NCBI GenBank assembly: GCA_013816245.1
Contig: JACDEU010000001.1
Coordinates: 106,744 to 170,743 of the forward strand
Direction of reading: 5' to 3'
Length of the DNA stretch: 64,000 bases
Origin: Actinomycetota bacterium
GTDB taxonomy: Bacteria; Actinomycetota; Thermoleophilia; Gaiellales; Gaiellaceae
Position 1 is the stretch's first letter; each line of letters starts with the position of its first letter. Made by a program: the position numbers and the translations under genes. Under the pieces are notes generated by a model. That model saw nothing but the letters and a program-made list of their open reading frames with translations, was not told the DNA's origin and did no database searches. Positions 17,517-27,342 of the stretch are shown in pieces.

Positions 17517-17531
17517 TCAGTGCCCGGCTGA

Positions 17532-17909
17532 CTACTGCCGTTTGCGTGACCCGTCGCACACCGTCGTCCGCAAGACCTTCCGGGCTGAGCCCCGCGCGAA
17601 GATTCTCCAACGCTCACCGCGCATGGCAGTGATGCTGACCGAGGTGATGCTGCCGGTTCCGTCTGCGCGGTGGATGTTGCCGGTGTTGACCCGAACGATC
17701 CGTGGCCCATGCCCTTTCAGGAAGCGCGTCACGCGGAAGCGTTGGATCCCGGTGGCGGTTAGGCCCTCGAGGGCGACGCCGTCGAAGATGACGTCGGCCC
17801 GGGCACGTTGTTCGGCAGCCGTCATCGGAATACACGAGGCGGTAGCCGTTGAAGCCAGGATGGCCAGGGCTGCGACCCCGACAACTGAGATTGAGATGAG
17901 TTTCGACAT
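17532..17909 (-). CDS. Small secreted protein, unknown function
   Basis: ATG 17909 within track ORF 17532..18080. Signal peptide MSKLISISVVGVAALAILASTATASC. The mature Cys followed by ADVIFDGVALEG is faintly reminiscent of NTR/TIMP-like folds; this is a weak resemblance. Confidence 0.5.
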   Translation of the reverse strand: MSKLISISVVGVAALAILASTATASCIPMTAAEQRARADVIFDGVALEGLTATGIQRFRVTRFLKGHGPRIVRVNTGNIHRADGTGSITSVSITAMRGERWRIFARGSARKVLRTTVCDGSRKRQ

Positions 17910-18105
17910 GCCCTCTATACGGCGCCGACCGCGCTCTTCGTCACGCGAGGTCACACGGAACGGGGACGACCGCCGCGGCGCAGAAATCAATGCTCCGCGA
18001 CGGACGAGCCCCACACCAATCGCGACTCGTCCCAGTGAGGGAACGGCGACGTTGCAATGCGGATCCCAGCGCGAGGTCAAGGCGGGAGGACATCATCTCA
18101 CATAG

Positions 18106-18133
18106 TTGCGAAGATCACAAAGTGGGCTATGCT
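18106..18133 (+). promoter_or_regulatory. Candidate promoter for the ANTAR gene
   Basis: TTGCGA, 16-nt spacer, TATGCT. Lies about 95 nt upstream of GTG 18229. Confidence 0.3.
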
Positions 18134-18228
18134 GTGCCCATTCGCGCCCGGTCGTGACCCCGTTCCCCTTCGGGCCCCAGAGCGGTTGCCTCTCGGCGCA
18201 CATCTCGCAAACGGCGAAGGGTTGGGCC

Positions 18229-18540
18229 GTGAAGGACCTGCTCGACAGGCTCGACGGTCATCCGTTGTCTGCGGAGATCTCCGCAGAGATCAGCCGGCTG
18301 ACCGTCTACGCAGATGCTCAGGAGTCAAAGGTGCGGCAGCTCCAAACCGCTCTCGACTCGCGCGTCGCGATCGAGCGTGCCAACGGAATCCTCGCCGAAC
18401 GCTTCCAGGTGGCCGTCGAGGAGGCCTTCGACTTGCTCCGTAAGGCCGCGCGCTCGAGTCGGCGGGAGCTGACACCGCTTGCGGAGGAGGTCATAAGCTC
18501 GAGCCAGACGCCCACAGAGATTGCCGCGGCGCTGCCGTGA
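18229..18540 (+). CDS. ANTAR domain protein without a sensor domain
   Basis: RVAIERANGILAERFQVAVEEAFDLLRKAARSSRRELTPLAEEV is a clear ANTAR signature. Only a short coiled-coil-like segment precedes it. GTG 18229 is the preferred start within track ORF 18106..18540. Confidence 0.75.
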   Translation: MKDLLDRLDGHPLSAEISAEISRLTVYADAQESKVRQLQTALDSRVAIERANGILAERFQVAVEEAFDLLRKAARSSRRELTPLAEEVISSSQTPTEIAAALP

Positions 18541-18557
18541 CCAGCACGTAGCGAGAC

Positions 18558-18740
18558 TCAGTCGACGGGAGCGGTGCGTCGGCACCGCGGGCAGACCCAT
18601 TCCGTCACAGGCTCTCCGCGCGATCCGCTCCGGCCAGGGTGGGCCTGCTGCCCCGCCCAACGTGTGCGAATTCGCATCGGCCCGTGACCACGGGGGCACT
18701 CCTTGGCTTGCGCTTCTTTTTCTTCCGGTTTTTCAGGCAT
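18558..18740 (-). CDS. Possible 60-aa zinc-ribbon protein
   Basis: CPRGH...WVCPRC arrangement. The ORF start is only 22 nt from tRNA-Leu, and coding status is unproven. Confidence 0.3.
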   Translation of the reverse strand: MPEKPEEKEAQAKECPRGHGPMRIRTRWAGQQAHPGRSGSRGEPVTEWVCPRCRRTAPVD

Positions 18741-18762
18741 CGAGAGTTAGTCTGGAGCTCGC

Positions 18763-18847
18763 GCGGGCGTGGCGGAATTGGTAGACGCGCCGGGTTTAGG
18801 TCCCGGTGGAGCTTTGCTCCTTAGAGGTTCAAGTCCTCTCGCCCGCA
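18763..18847 (+). tRNA. tRNA-Leu (anticodon TAG)
   Basis: Class II tRNA: acceptor GCGGGCG/CGCCCGC, anticodon arm CCGGG-TTTAGGT-CCCGG, long variable arm, T loop TTCAAGT. Confidence 0.9.
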
Positions 18848-18852
18848 TCGTC

Positions 18853-18954
18853 GTTCGAAGTCCGGCTTGCTTCGCGAGCCATGATGACTTCGAACGCCAT
18901 TGTCCTAACGGAGAGCCGCAGCGGCGAACGCCGGCTGAGCCGGCATTCGCGGCG
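18853..18954 (+). repeat. tRNA-trailing bipartite hairpin repeat, copy A5
   Basis: Outer stem GTTCGAAGTC/GACTTCGAAC (10 bp). Inner hairpin GGCTTGC-TTC-GCGAGCC. Junction GCCATGATGA. Second hairpin GCGAACGCCGGC-TGA-GCCGGCATTCGC. It abuts the stop of the convergent gene at 18956. Confidence 0.7.
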
Positions 18955-18955
18955 A

Positions 18956-19552
18956 TCATGTTCGGGACTCAACGCCGTCCAAGAGACGCCAGTTGCCCTG
19001 GAGCGCTGCTTCAGCCGCGGCCACCAGTCGGTCTGCGTTTTCCGGTGCGGCTTTGCGAATGACTTCGGCGGATGCGGCGGCGTGTTCGTGGTCGCGCTCG
19101 GCGTGTAGCTCGAAATACTGGGTGCTCTCCGATCCCGTGCTGAAGGCGTAGTGCTCGACCAGGCCGGTGAGCTTCGTGCTGGAGACGCCGGGCTGACCCG
19201 ACTCGACGGCATAGAGAACGGCTCGTGCCTCGAGGGAATCCTCGGCTCGCCAGGCGTCGGCGCACTCCTGCGTCTGCGTCGTGGGCTCGCGATCGAGCGG
19301 GGCGTCGAGCGCGGCGGCGAAATCGTCCCAGAGCGCGATGTGGGATTTCTCCTCGGCCGCGTGCTCGGCGTCGCCTCCAATTGCGGCGGCGTCTGCGAGC
19401 GCTACGACCGCGTGCCGGTACTCGCCGGCATAGAACGCCAGCTCGTCCCGGGTCAGCTCCCCTCGCTCCCAACGAAGGTAGAACGGATGGTCGAGGACGT
19501 TCCAGCGGCGCCGGGCCTCGTCGATGCGCTCGATCAGGTTCATGCGACTCAA
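18956..19552 (-). CDS. Heme-oxygenase-like fold protein (TenA/PqqC/CADD family)
   Basis: 198-aa ORF. RWNVLDHPFYLRWERGELTRDELAFYAGEYRHAV is typical of PqqC-like iron-containing redox enzymes. Confidence 0.7.
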   Translation of the reverse strand: MSRMNLIERIDEARRRWNVLDHPFYLRWERGELTRDELAFYAGEYRHAVVALADAAAIGGDAEHAAEEKSHIALWDDFAAALDAPLDREPTTQTQECADAWRAEDSLEARAVLYAVESGQPGVSSTKLTGLVEHYAFSTGSESTQYFELHAERDHEHAAASAEVIRKAAPENADRLVAAAEAALQGNWRLLDGVESRT

Positions 19553-19598
19553 TCCTTTCGCGACGTGACGCGACCCCCGCGGCGATCGTATCGCTCGT

Positions 19599-20204
19599 TC
19601 AGGTCAGACGCTCGATGCCCGCGACGGTCCGCGCCAGGGCGTCCTCGTCGAAGGGATACGGGATCGCGTTCGGGAGCTGATGGGCCGGCCCGTCGAGCTG
19701 GTCGGAGCCGTTGGCGGCGTTCAGGGCGTACCGAACCGGGATCTCGTGGGTGACGACCAGAATCGACGACTCGGGCCGCTCGAGCAGCTTCCGAAAAGCA
19801 AGGGCATAGCGCCGTGCAGCGTCGTCCAGCGACTCGCCACCCGGAAAATCGTCGCTCCGTACGTGCGCTCGCTTCCACGCGCGGTACTCATCGATCGTCT
19901 TGCCTTCGAGCTCGCCGACGTCGATGTCGTCCAGCAGCGGGTCGACCTCGAAGGGCACGTCGCGGCCGGCAAGGGCGATCTCCGCCGTCTCGCGCGTGCG
20001 GCCGAAGCGGGTGTGGATGCAGAGGTCGATCCTGATGTGCGCCACTTGCTGCCCGAGCAGTAGAGCCTCCTCCCGACCCTTCTCCGTCAGCGCCACGGGG
20101 ACCGAGAAGTCCCCGTTGATCCGGTTTTCGAAGTTCAGGGTCGACTCGCCGTGGCGGGTCAGCACGTAGAGCTCCACGACTCCCAGGCTATCCCCGTACC
20201 CCAT
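19599..20204 (-). CDS. Histidine phosphatase family protein (phosphoglycerate-mutase-like)
   Basis: ATG 20204 within track ORF 19599..20468. RHGES catalytic motif (LYVLTRHGESTLN) and downstream VVTHEIP. Confidence 0.8.
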   Translation of the reverse strand: MGYGDSLGVVELYVLTRHGESTLNFENRINGDFSVPVALTEKGREEALLLGQQVAHIRIDLCIHTRFGRTRETAEIALAGRDVPFEVDPLLDDIDVGELEGKTIDEYRAWKRAHVRSDDFPGGESLDDAARRYALAFRKLLERPESSILVVTHEIPVRYALNAANGSDQLDGPAHQLPNAIPYPFDEDALARTVAGIERLT

Positions 20205-20255
20205 CGGAGTGAAGACGCGCGCCGCAGCTTTGGAAGCGTTTGGTCTAATGGCTCG

Positions 20256-21596
20256 GTGCCGACCCAAATAGAGAACCTGCCGGACAACAAGGTCAGGCTC
20301 ACCGTGGACGTTCCGAAGGCGGACGTCCACCACGCGGTCGAGCACGCGGCGTCGGACCTCGCCTCGAGCGTCAAGATCCCCGGCTTCCGTCAGGGGAAGG
20401 TGCCGATGCCAGTCCTCGTCAACCGGATCGGCAAGGAGCGCCTCTACTCGGAGGCGATCGAGAGTCACATCTCCGGCTGGTACTCGAACGCCGTCGCGAG
20501 CTCACGCATCAGGCCGGCCGACCAGCCCGAGCTCGACTACGAGCTGCCCGACTCCGAGGACAAGGACTGGCAGTTCACGGCGACCGTCGCCGTCCTTCCG
20601 AAGCCGGACGTTGCCGACTGGAAGACGCTCGAAGTGCCGTATGCGGAGCCTGAGGTTCCGGAGGACCTCGTCGACCACGAGTTGAACGTTCTGCGCTCGA
20701 CGGTCGCGGAGCTGGCACCGGTCGAGAGCCGCCCGGCCGAGCTCGGGGACACGATCGTCCTCGACTTCGTAACCGACGACGGCGGCCAGCGCGACTACGT
20801 GGTCGAGCTCGGTTCGGGCCGATTGATTCCCGAGCTCGAGGAGCAGCTCGTCGGCATGAGCGCCGGCGAGACGAAGGAGATCGAGCTCGACAGAGTCGCT
20901 GAAGAAGACCCGATTAAGGTTGAGGCGGTCGTGAAGGAGATCAAGGAGAAGGTGCTGCCCGAGCTCGACGACGAGCTTGCGCGCTCCGCCTCCGAGTTCA
21001 ACACGATCGAGGAGCTACGGGCCGACATCGAGCAGCGAATCCGCGACCAGATCGAGGCGGAGGTCGACGAGGCCTTCAGGCGCGCGGCACTCGACCGGCT
21101 CGTCCAGGCATCGAACGTTCAGGTCACCGGTCCGCTCGTCGATGCTCGCACCCGGACGCTCTTGCGGGAGCTCGACGCCGTCCTCCAGCGCAGCGGCGGC
21201 TCGCTCGACGCCTACCTCCAGATGTCCGGCGACTCACCCGAGAACCTCATTGCGCGTCTCCAGGAGCAGGCAGCTGCGTCGGTGGCCGGCGAGCTCGTGC
21301 TCGAGGCTGCTGCGGATCAGCTCGGGATCGAAGTCTCGGAGGAGGAGGTCGACGAGGCTTTCCGCGACCGCTTCGAGGAGGCCGACAGGATCATCGAGCA
21401 GGCCCGCGCCGCCGGCGCCTACGACACCGAGCGCGAGAACATGCGACTTGCCCGCGCTCTCGACCGCATCGTCGAAGAAGTCGAGCGCATCCCGCCCGAG
21501 CAGGCGGCCGCGCGCGAAGCGATCTGGACCCCGGACAAGGAAAACCCGACCGAGAAGCCGAAACTGTGGATTCCCGGCAGCAAGGAGCCAGCCTGA
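20256..21596 (+). CDS. tig: Trigger factor
   Basis: GTG 20256 gives [29 protein letters not shown] (ribosome-binding signature), followed by PPIase-like and C-terminal domains. Lies upstream of clpP-clpX. Confidence 0.9.
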   Translation: MPTQIENLPDNKVRLTVDVPKADVHHAVEHAASDLASSVKIPGFRQGKVPMPVLVNRIGKERLYSEAIESHISGWYSNAVASSRIRPADQPELDYELPDSEDKDWQFTATVAVLPKPDVADWKTLEVPYAEPEVPEDLVDHELNVLRSTVAELAPVESRPAELGDTIVLDFVTDDGGQRDYVVELGSGRLIPELEEQLVGMSAGETKEIELDRVAEEDPIKVEAVVKEIKEKVLPELDDELARSASEFNTIEELRADIEQRIRDQIEAEVDEAFRRAALDRLVQASNVQVTGPLVDARTRTLLRELDAVLQRSGGSLDAYLQMSGDSPENLIARLQEQAAASVAGELVLEAAADQLGIEVSEEEVDEAFRDRFEEADRIIEQARAAGAYDTERENMRLARALDRIVEEVERIPPEQAAAREAIWTPDKENPTEKPKLWIPGSKEPA

Positions 21597-21597
21597 C

Positions 21598-22182
21598 ATG
21601 AGCCCGTTGATCCCAATGGTGATCGAGCAGACCTCGCGCGGTGAGCGCTCGTTCGACATCTACTCACGTCTGCTCAACGAGCGGATCATCTTCCTCGGCA
21701 CCCCGATCGACGACCAGATCGCGAATCTGATCATCGCCCAGCTGATCCATCTCGAGTCCGAGGACCCCGAGAAGGACATCCAGATCTACATCAACTCACC
21801 CGGCGGACAGGTGTACTCAGGGCTCGCCATCTACGACACGATGCAGTACATCAAGCCGGACATCCAGACGACCTGCATCGGGATCGCAATGTCGATGGGC
21901 GCGGTGATCCTTGCCGGTGGCGCTAAAGGAAAGCGCGTCGCCCTGCCGAACGCCAAGATCCTCATCCATCAGGTTTCGGGTGGGTTCCAGGGGCAGGCGA
22001 CCGACATCGAGATCCAGGCCCGCGAGACGATCAACCTCAAGCGGCGCCTGGAGGAGATTTTGGCCGAGCACACCGGGAAACCCACCGAACAGGTGGCCAA
22101 GGACATGGAAAGGGACTATTTCCTCACTTCGCAAGAAGCGCAGGAGTACGGCATCATCGATAACGTCATCGCCCATCGCTAG
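21598..22182 (+). CDS. clpP: ATP-dependent Clp protease proteolytic subunit
   Basis: ATG 21598 within track ORF 20977..22182. [19 protein letters not shown] and the catalytic Ser context GIAMSMGA. Confidence 0.95.
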   Translation: MSPLIPMVIEQTSRGERSFDIYSRLLNERIIFLGTPIDDQIANLIIAQLIHLESEDPEKDIQIYINSPGGQVYSGLAIYDTMQYIKPDIQTTCIGIAMSMGAVILAGGAKGKRVALPNAKILIHQVSGGFQGQATDIEIQARETINLKRRLEEILAEHTGKPTEQVAKDMERDYFLTSQEAQEYGIIDNVIAHR

Positions 22183-22215
22183 ACGCCGGGGCGCTGACCG
22201 TCTAAAAGGAGAGAC

Positions 22216-23493
22216 GTGGCCCGAGCATCCGACGGAAACGAGCAGCTCCTCTGCAGCTTCTGCGGGAAGAGCCAGCGTCAGGTAAAGAAGCTGATCGCCG
22301 GGCCCGGCGTCTACATCTGCGACGAATGCATCGATCTCTGTAACGAGATCATCGACGAGGAGCTCACGGCCCCGGCCGCGCTCGACCTGGACAACCTGCC
22401 TCGGCCGAAGGACATCTACTCGGTCCTGAACGACTACGTCGTCTCCCAGGAAGAGGCCAAGCGCACGCTCGCTGTTGCCGTCTACAACCACTACAAGCGC
22501 GTGCAGATGGGCACCGAGGAGGGCGATGTCGAGCTCCAGAAGTCGAACATCCTCCTGCTCGGCCCGACCGGCTGCGGCAAGACGCTGCTTGCTCAGACGC
22601 TTGCGCGTATTCTCAACGTGCCGTTCGCGATCGCCGACGCGACGGCGCTCACCGAAGCCGGCTACGTCGGTGAGGACGTCGAGAACATTCTCTTGAAGTT
22701 GATCCAGGCCGCGGACTTCGACATCAAGAAGGCCGAGACCGGGATCATCTACATCGACGAGGTCGACAAGATCGCGCGCAAGGCGGACAACCCTTCGATC
22801 ACGCGCGACGTGTCGGGTGAGGGCGTGCAGCAGGCGCTGCTGAAGATCCTGGAGGGAACCGTGGCGTCGGTGCCGCCGCAGGGCGGAAGGAAGCATCCGC
22901 ACCAGGAGTTCCTTTCGATCGACACGACGAACATCCTGTTCATCTGCGGTGGTGCGTTCGCGGGCCTCGACAAGATCATCGGCAAGCGCATCGGCAAGAG
23001 CGCCGTGGGCTTTGGCGCGCAGGTGCGCTCGAAGAGCGCGATCGAGGCGTCTGAGCTGCTCGCGAAGGTGATGCCCGAGGACCTGCTCAACTTCGGGTTG
23101 ATCCCGGAGTTCATCGGCCGGCTGCCGGTCATCTCCGCTGTGCACCAGCTCCAGCGGGAAGACCTCGTGCAGATCCTGATGGAACCGAAGAACGCGCTCG
23201 TGAAGCAGTACCAGCGCTTCTTCGGTTACGACAACATCGAGCTCGTGTTCACGGACGATGCCCTGTGGGAGATCTCCGACAAGGCGCTCGAGCGCGAGAC
23301 CGGCGCGCGCGGTCTACGCTCGATCATCGAGACGGCGTTGCTCGACGTTATGTTCGAGCTGCCGTCGCGCCGTGACGTCTCCAAGTGCGTGATCACGAAG
23401 GAGACGATCGCGAATCACCTGAAGCCGACGCTCGTCACGAGCGCCGAAGGGGTGGTCGACGACGACGCCGCCCCGATCGAAGAGTCGGCGTAA
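22216..23493 (+). CDS. clpX: ATP-dependent Clp protease ATP-binding subunit ClpX
   Basis: N-terminal zinc finger [27 protein letters not shown], Walker A GPTGCGKT, and the IGF-type loop LIPEFIGR. Confidence 0.97.
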   Translation: MARASDGNEQLLCSFCGKSQRQVKKLIAGPGVYICDECIDLCNEIIDEELTAPAALDLDNLPRPKDIYSVLNDYVVSQEEAKRTLAVAVYNHYKRVQMGTEEGDVELQKSNILLLGPTGCGKTLLAQTLARILNVPFAIADATALTEAGYVGEDVENILLKLIQAADFDIKKAETGIIYIDEVDKIARKADNPSITRDVSGEGVQQALLKILEGTVASVPPQGGRKHPHQEFLSIDTTNILFICGGAFAGLDKIIGKRIGKSAVGFGAQVRSKSAIEASELLAKVMPEDLLNFGLIPEFIGRLPVISAVHQLQREDLVQILMEPKNALVKQYQRFFGYDNIELVFTDDALWEISDKALERETGARGLRSIIETALLDVMFELPSRRDVSKCVITKETIANHLKPTLVTSAEGVVDDDAAPIEESA

Positions 23494-23674
23494 CGCCGAC
23501 CGCCTTCCCGAGACCGTAGAGGCGAGCCGGAGGATTTCGGCTCCGGGGCAACTCTCGGCCGGGCAGCCGGCGGGAAGCTGGTGCCGCGGCGGACATTCGC
23601 GATCGGACCGGGACTGGCAGCGGGCTCGCTCGCGCGACGTCGTACGTGGGATCCGAAAAGGGAGACAAACCGCC

Positions 23675-23704
23675 TTGACGGCCGCTGATACGGCCGTTTA
23701 GGAT
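23675..23704 (+). promoter_or_regulatory. Candidate promoter giving a leaderless transcript for sORF-aceA-aceB
   Basis: TTGACG, 18-nt spacer, TAGGAT. The ATG at 23711 lies 7 nt after the -10 element. Confidence 0.4.
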
Positions 23705-23710
23705 CCGAGA

Positions 23711-23854
23711 ATGACCTATCTTGGATCCGAAGCGACGGTGGAGCCGCTCGAGGAGCCGGAACAGCGCCAGGCCACCATCGTCGTCCTCACAACCGCCGAG
23801 CTCGCGGAGTGCACGTGCCCCGAGTTCTGCGAGCGTGACCACGACGTCGACTAG
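23711..23854 (+). CDS. 47-codon acidic Cys-rich small ORF upstream of aceA
   Basis: [47 protein letters not shown]. It is below the track size cutoff. The ATG sits at the predicted transcription start, and the stop is 10 nt before the aceA ATG. Confidence 0.4.
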   Translation: MTYLGSEATVEPLEEPEQRQATIVVLTTAELAECTCPEFCERDHDVD

Positions 23855-23864
23855 AGGAGAGGCA

Positions 23865-25121
<1,257 letters not shown>

Positions 25122-25147
25122 GCGGCGGTGTCGTCGCGCCGGCCGGG

Positions 25148-26617
25148 GTGGAGGTGCTCGCTCCCGCCGATCATCACGTGCTTTCCGTCGAGGCGCTCAG
25201 CCTCGTCGCCATGCTGCAGAGAGAGCTCGGGCCGCAGCGGGCGGAGCTCCTGTCGCGGCGGCAAGAGCATCGCGGTCTACCGGACTTTCTCCCGGAGACT
25301 CGATCCGTCCGTGAAGGCGACTGGCAGGTGGCACCGCCGCCGCAGGACCTGCTCGACCGCCGCGTCGAGATCACCGGTCCCGTCGACCGCAAGATGATGA
25401 TCAACGCGCTGAACTCGGGCGCGCGCGTCTTCATGGCCGACTTCGAAGATTCGTGCTCGCCCACGTGGCAGAACATCGTCGAGGGTCAACAAAACCTCAT
25501 CGACGCTGTCAGGGGAACGATCTCGTTCGACACGGCCGAGAAGAGCTACCGGCTGGCCGAAAAGACGGCGACGCTCGTGGTGCGGCCGCGCGGGTGGCAC
25601 CTGCAAGAGCGCCACGTGCTGATCGATGGCGAGCCGATCTCCGCGAGCCTCTTCGACTTCGGTTTGGCGTGCTTCCACAACGCAGCGGAGCTGCTCGAGC
25701 GTGGCTCGGGCCCTTACTACTACCTGCCGAAGCTCGAGAGTCACCTCGAAGCTCGCCTGTGGAACAGCGCGTTCGAGCTGGCGGAGGGACAGCTCGGGCT
25801 CCCGCGTGCGTCGATTCGCGCGACCGTTCTGATCGAGACGATCCTCGCAGCGTTCGAGATGAACGAGATCCTCTGGGAGCTGCGCGAGCGCTCGGCGGGC
25901 CTGAACGCCGGTCGTTGGGACTACATCTTCAGCGCGATCAAGAAGGTCGGCGCCGTACTCCCGGACCGCGCGCAGGTAACCATGACGGTGCCGTTCATGC
26001 GCGCGTACACGGAGTTGCTCGTCGCGACCTGCCACAAGCGTGGGGCGCACGCGATCGGAGGGATGGCCGCTTTCATTCCGTCGCGCCGCGATCCCGAGGT
26101 GAACGAAGCTGCGCTCGAGAAGGTCCGGGACGACAAGGTTCGCGAGTCGGCTGACGGGTTCGACGGCACGTGGGTCGCCCATCCCGATCTCGTGCCTGTC
26201 GCGACCGAGGTCTTCGACGGCGTGGTCGGGGCAAAAGCCAATCAGGTCGACCGCACGCGCGACGACGTCAGCGTCACACCCGAGCAACTGCTCGACTTCG
26301 AGATCGACGGTGGGGCGGTGACCGGCGACGGGCTGCGCACCAACGTCTCGGTCGGGGTCCGCTACCTCGACGCCTGGTTGAACGGCGTCGGCGCGGCGGC
26401 GATCGACAATCTGATGGAGGACGTGGCGACGGCGGAGATCTCTCGCGCGCAGGTGTGGAGCTGGGTGGATGCGGGGCACTTCGACGCGGCTCGCGTTCGC
26501 GACGAGGTCAGCCGGATCGAAGCCAGCCCGACGGCGAAGGAGGTGTTCGAGGAGGTTGCCCTCGCGCGGCATTTCGTGGAGTTTCTGACGCTCCCCGCGT
26601 ACGATCGCCTCGTATGA
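25148..26617 (+). CDS. aceB: Malate synthase A
   Basis: [33 protein letters not shown], and a length of 489 aa typical of the A form. Confidence 0.93.
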   Translation: MEVLAPADHHVLSVEALSLVAMLQRELGPQRAELLSRRQEHRGLPDFLPETRSVREGDWQVAPPPQDLLDRRVEITGPVDRKMMINALNSGARVFMADFEDSCSPTWQNIVEGQQNLIDAVRGTISFDTAEKSYRLAEKTATLVVRPRGWHLQERHVLIDGEPISASLFDFGLACFHNAAELLERGSGPYYYLPKLESHLEARLWNSAFELAEGQLGLPRASIRATVLIETILAAFEMNEILWELRERSAGLNAGRWDYIFSAIKKVGAVLPDRAQVTMTVPFMRAYTELLVATCHKRGAHAIGGMAAFIPSRRDPEVNEAALEKVRDDKVRESADGFDGTWVAHPDLVPVATEVFDGVVGAKANQVDRTRDDVSVTPEQLLDFEIDGGAVTGDGLRTNVSVGVRYLDAWLNGVGAAAIDNLMEDVATAEISRAQVWSWVDAGHFDAARVRDEVSRIEASPTAKEVFEEVALARHFVEFLTLPAYDRLV

Positions 26618-27342
26618 GCCTCGAGAGCACGAAGGCCGACGAGATCGCGCTGATTGTCGAGGAAGCCATCGTCTCCGGCGAGCTTCCTCCCGGGACCGTC
26701 CTCAGGCAGGAGCAGCTCTCGGAGCGCTTCGCCGTCAGTCGGACGCCCGTGCGCGAGGCCCTGCGCCGACTCGCCGCGCTCGGGCTCGTCTCCTTCGAGC
26801 CCAACCGTGGCGTTCGCGTTCGAACGCTTTCTCGCGAAGAGCTGCGCGAGGCGTTCCTCGTCCGCGCCGAGCTCGAATCGCTGGCCACCGAGCTCGCAGC
26901 GCCAAGGATGACGGATGCGGACCTGGAGTCGCTCGAGCGGGCCGAAGCGGACTTCAGCCGTGCGACGCAGGCTCTGCGATCACGTCCCCCTGACGAAGCG
27001 GAACGCTGGCAGCGCACGTCGGACTGGGTGCGTGCGAACCACGGCTTCCACGACGTGATCTATCGCGTCGCCGACTCTCCGCTCGTCGAACGGCTCGCGA
27101 AGAGCGCGCGGCGCTCGTTCTCCGGTCACGCCGTCTGGGCGCCGGGCGGTTCGGAGACGGACGCACTCTACGAGCGGAACGATCGCGAGCACCGCGCCAT
27201 CATTGCCGCCCTGCGTGCGGGAAATCCGGGGGGAGCCCGGACGCTTGCACGCGATCACGTCCTGCACTCGTACGAGCTGCTCGTGCACGTGCTCGAGCAG
27301 CGGCCTCTCAACAGCGTCACGGGCGTCGTCGGCCGGAACTGA
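26614..27342 (+). CDS. GntR/FadR-family transcriptional regulator
   Basis: ATG 26614 overlaps the aceB stop (ATGA). wHTH segment [25 protein letters not shown] plus an FCD-like C-terminal domain. Confidence 0.88.
   Translation: MSLESTKADEIALIVEEAIVSGELPPGTVLRQEQLSERFAVSRTPVREALRRLAALGLVSFEPNRGVRVRTLSREELREAFLVRAELESLATELAAPRMTDADLESLERAEADFSRATQALRSRPPDEAERWQRTSDWVRANHGFHDVIYRVADSPLVERLAKSARRSFSGHAVWAPGGSETDALYERNDREHRAIIAALRAGNPGGARTLARDHVLHSYELLVHVLEQRPLNSVTGVVGRN

Noticed and set aside
15727-18887. ATGATGA as a box C of a C/D-box sRNA or K-turn.
   Set aside because: No correctly placed CUGA box D with a terminal stem was found. In the folded hairpin, the strand opposite ATGAT offers only one C and no tandem G:A/A:G partners, so a K-turn cannot be drawn.
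15698-18954. The repeats as integron attC sites, IS200/IS605-type ends or REP/RAYT elements.
   Set aside because: There are no RYYYAAC/GTTRRRY boundary motifs. No integrase, TnpA/TnpB or RAYT gene is in the window. All copies have the same orientation relative to tRNAs rather than to cassettes.
15698-18954. The repeats as targets of the neighbouring ANTAR protein.
   Set aside because: Canonical ANTAR substrates are two short hairpins with hexaloops (A at position 1, G at position 4). The loops here are 3 nt or 9-14 nt. It cannot be excluded experimentally, but the sequence offers no support.
15731-18960. Short peptides starting at the repeat ATGATG (MMTSRGLYFCR, MMTSNGSRFDS, MMICRG.., MMTSNAIVL..) and minus-strand MAR.. 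ORFs.
   Set aside because: Lengths and downstream frames differ completely between copies. There is no SD. The similarity is confined to the nucleotides that are conserved anyway. Conservation follows base pairing, not codons.
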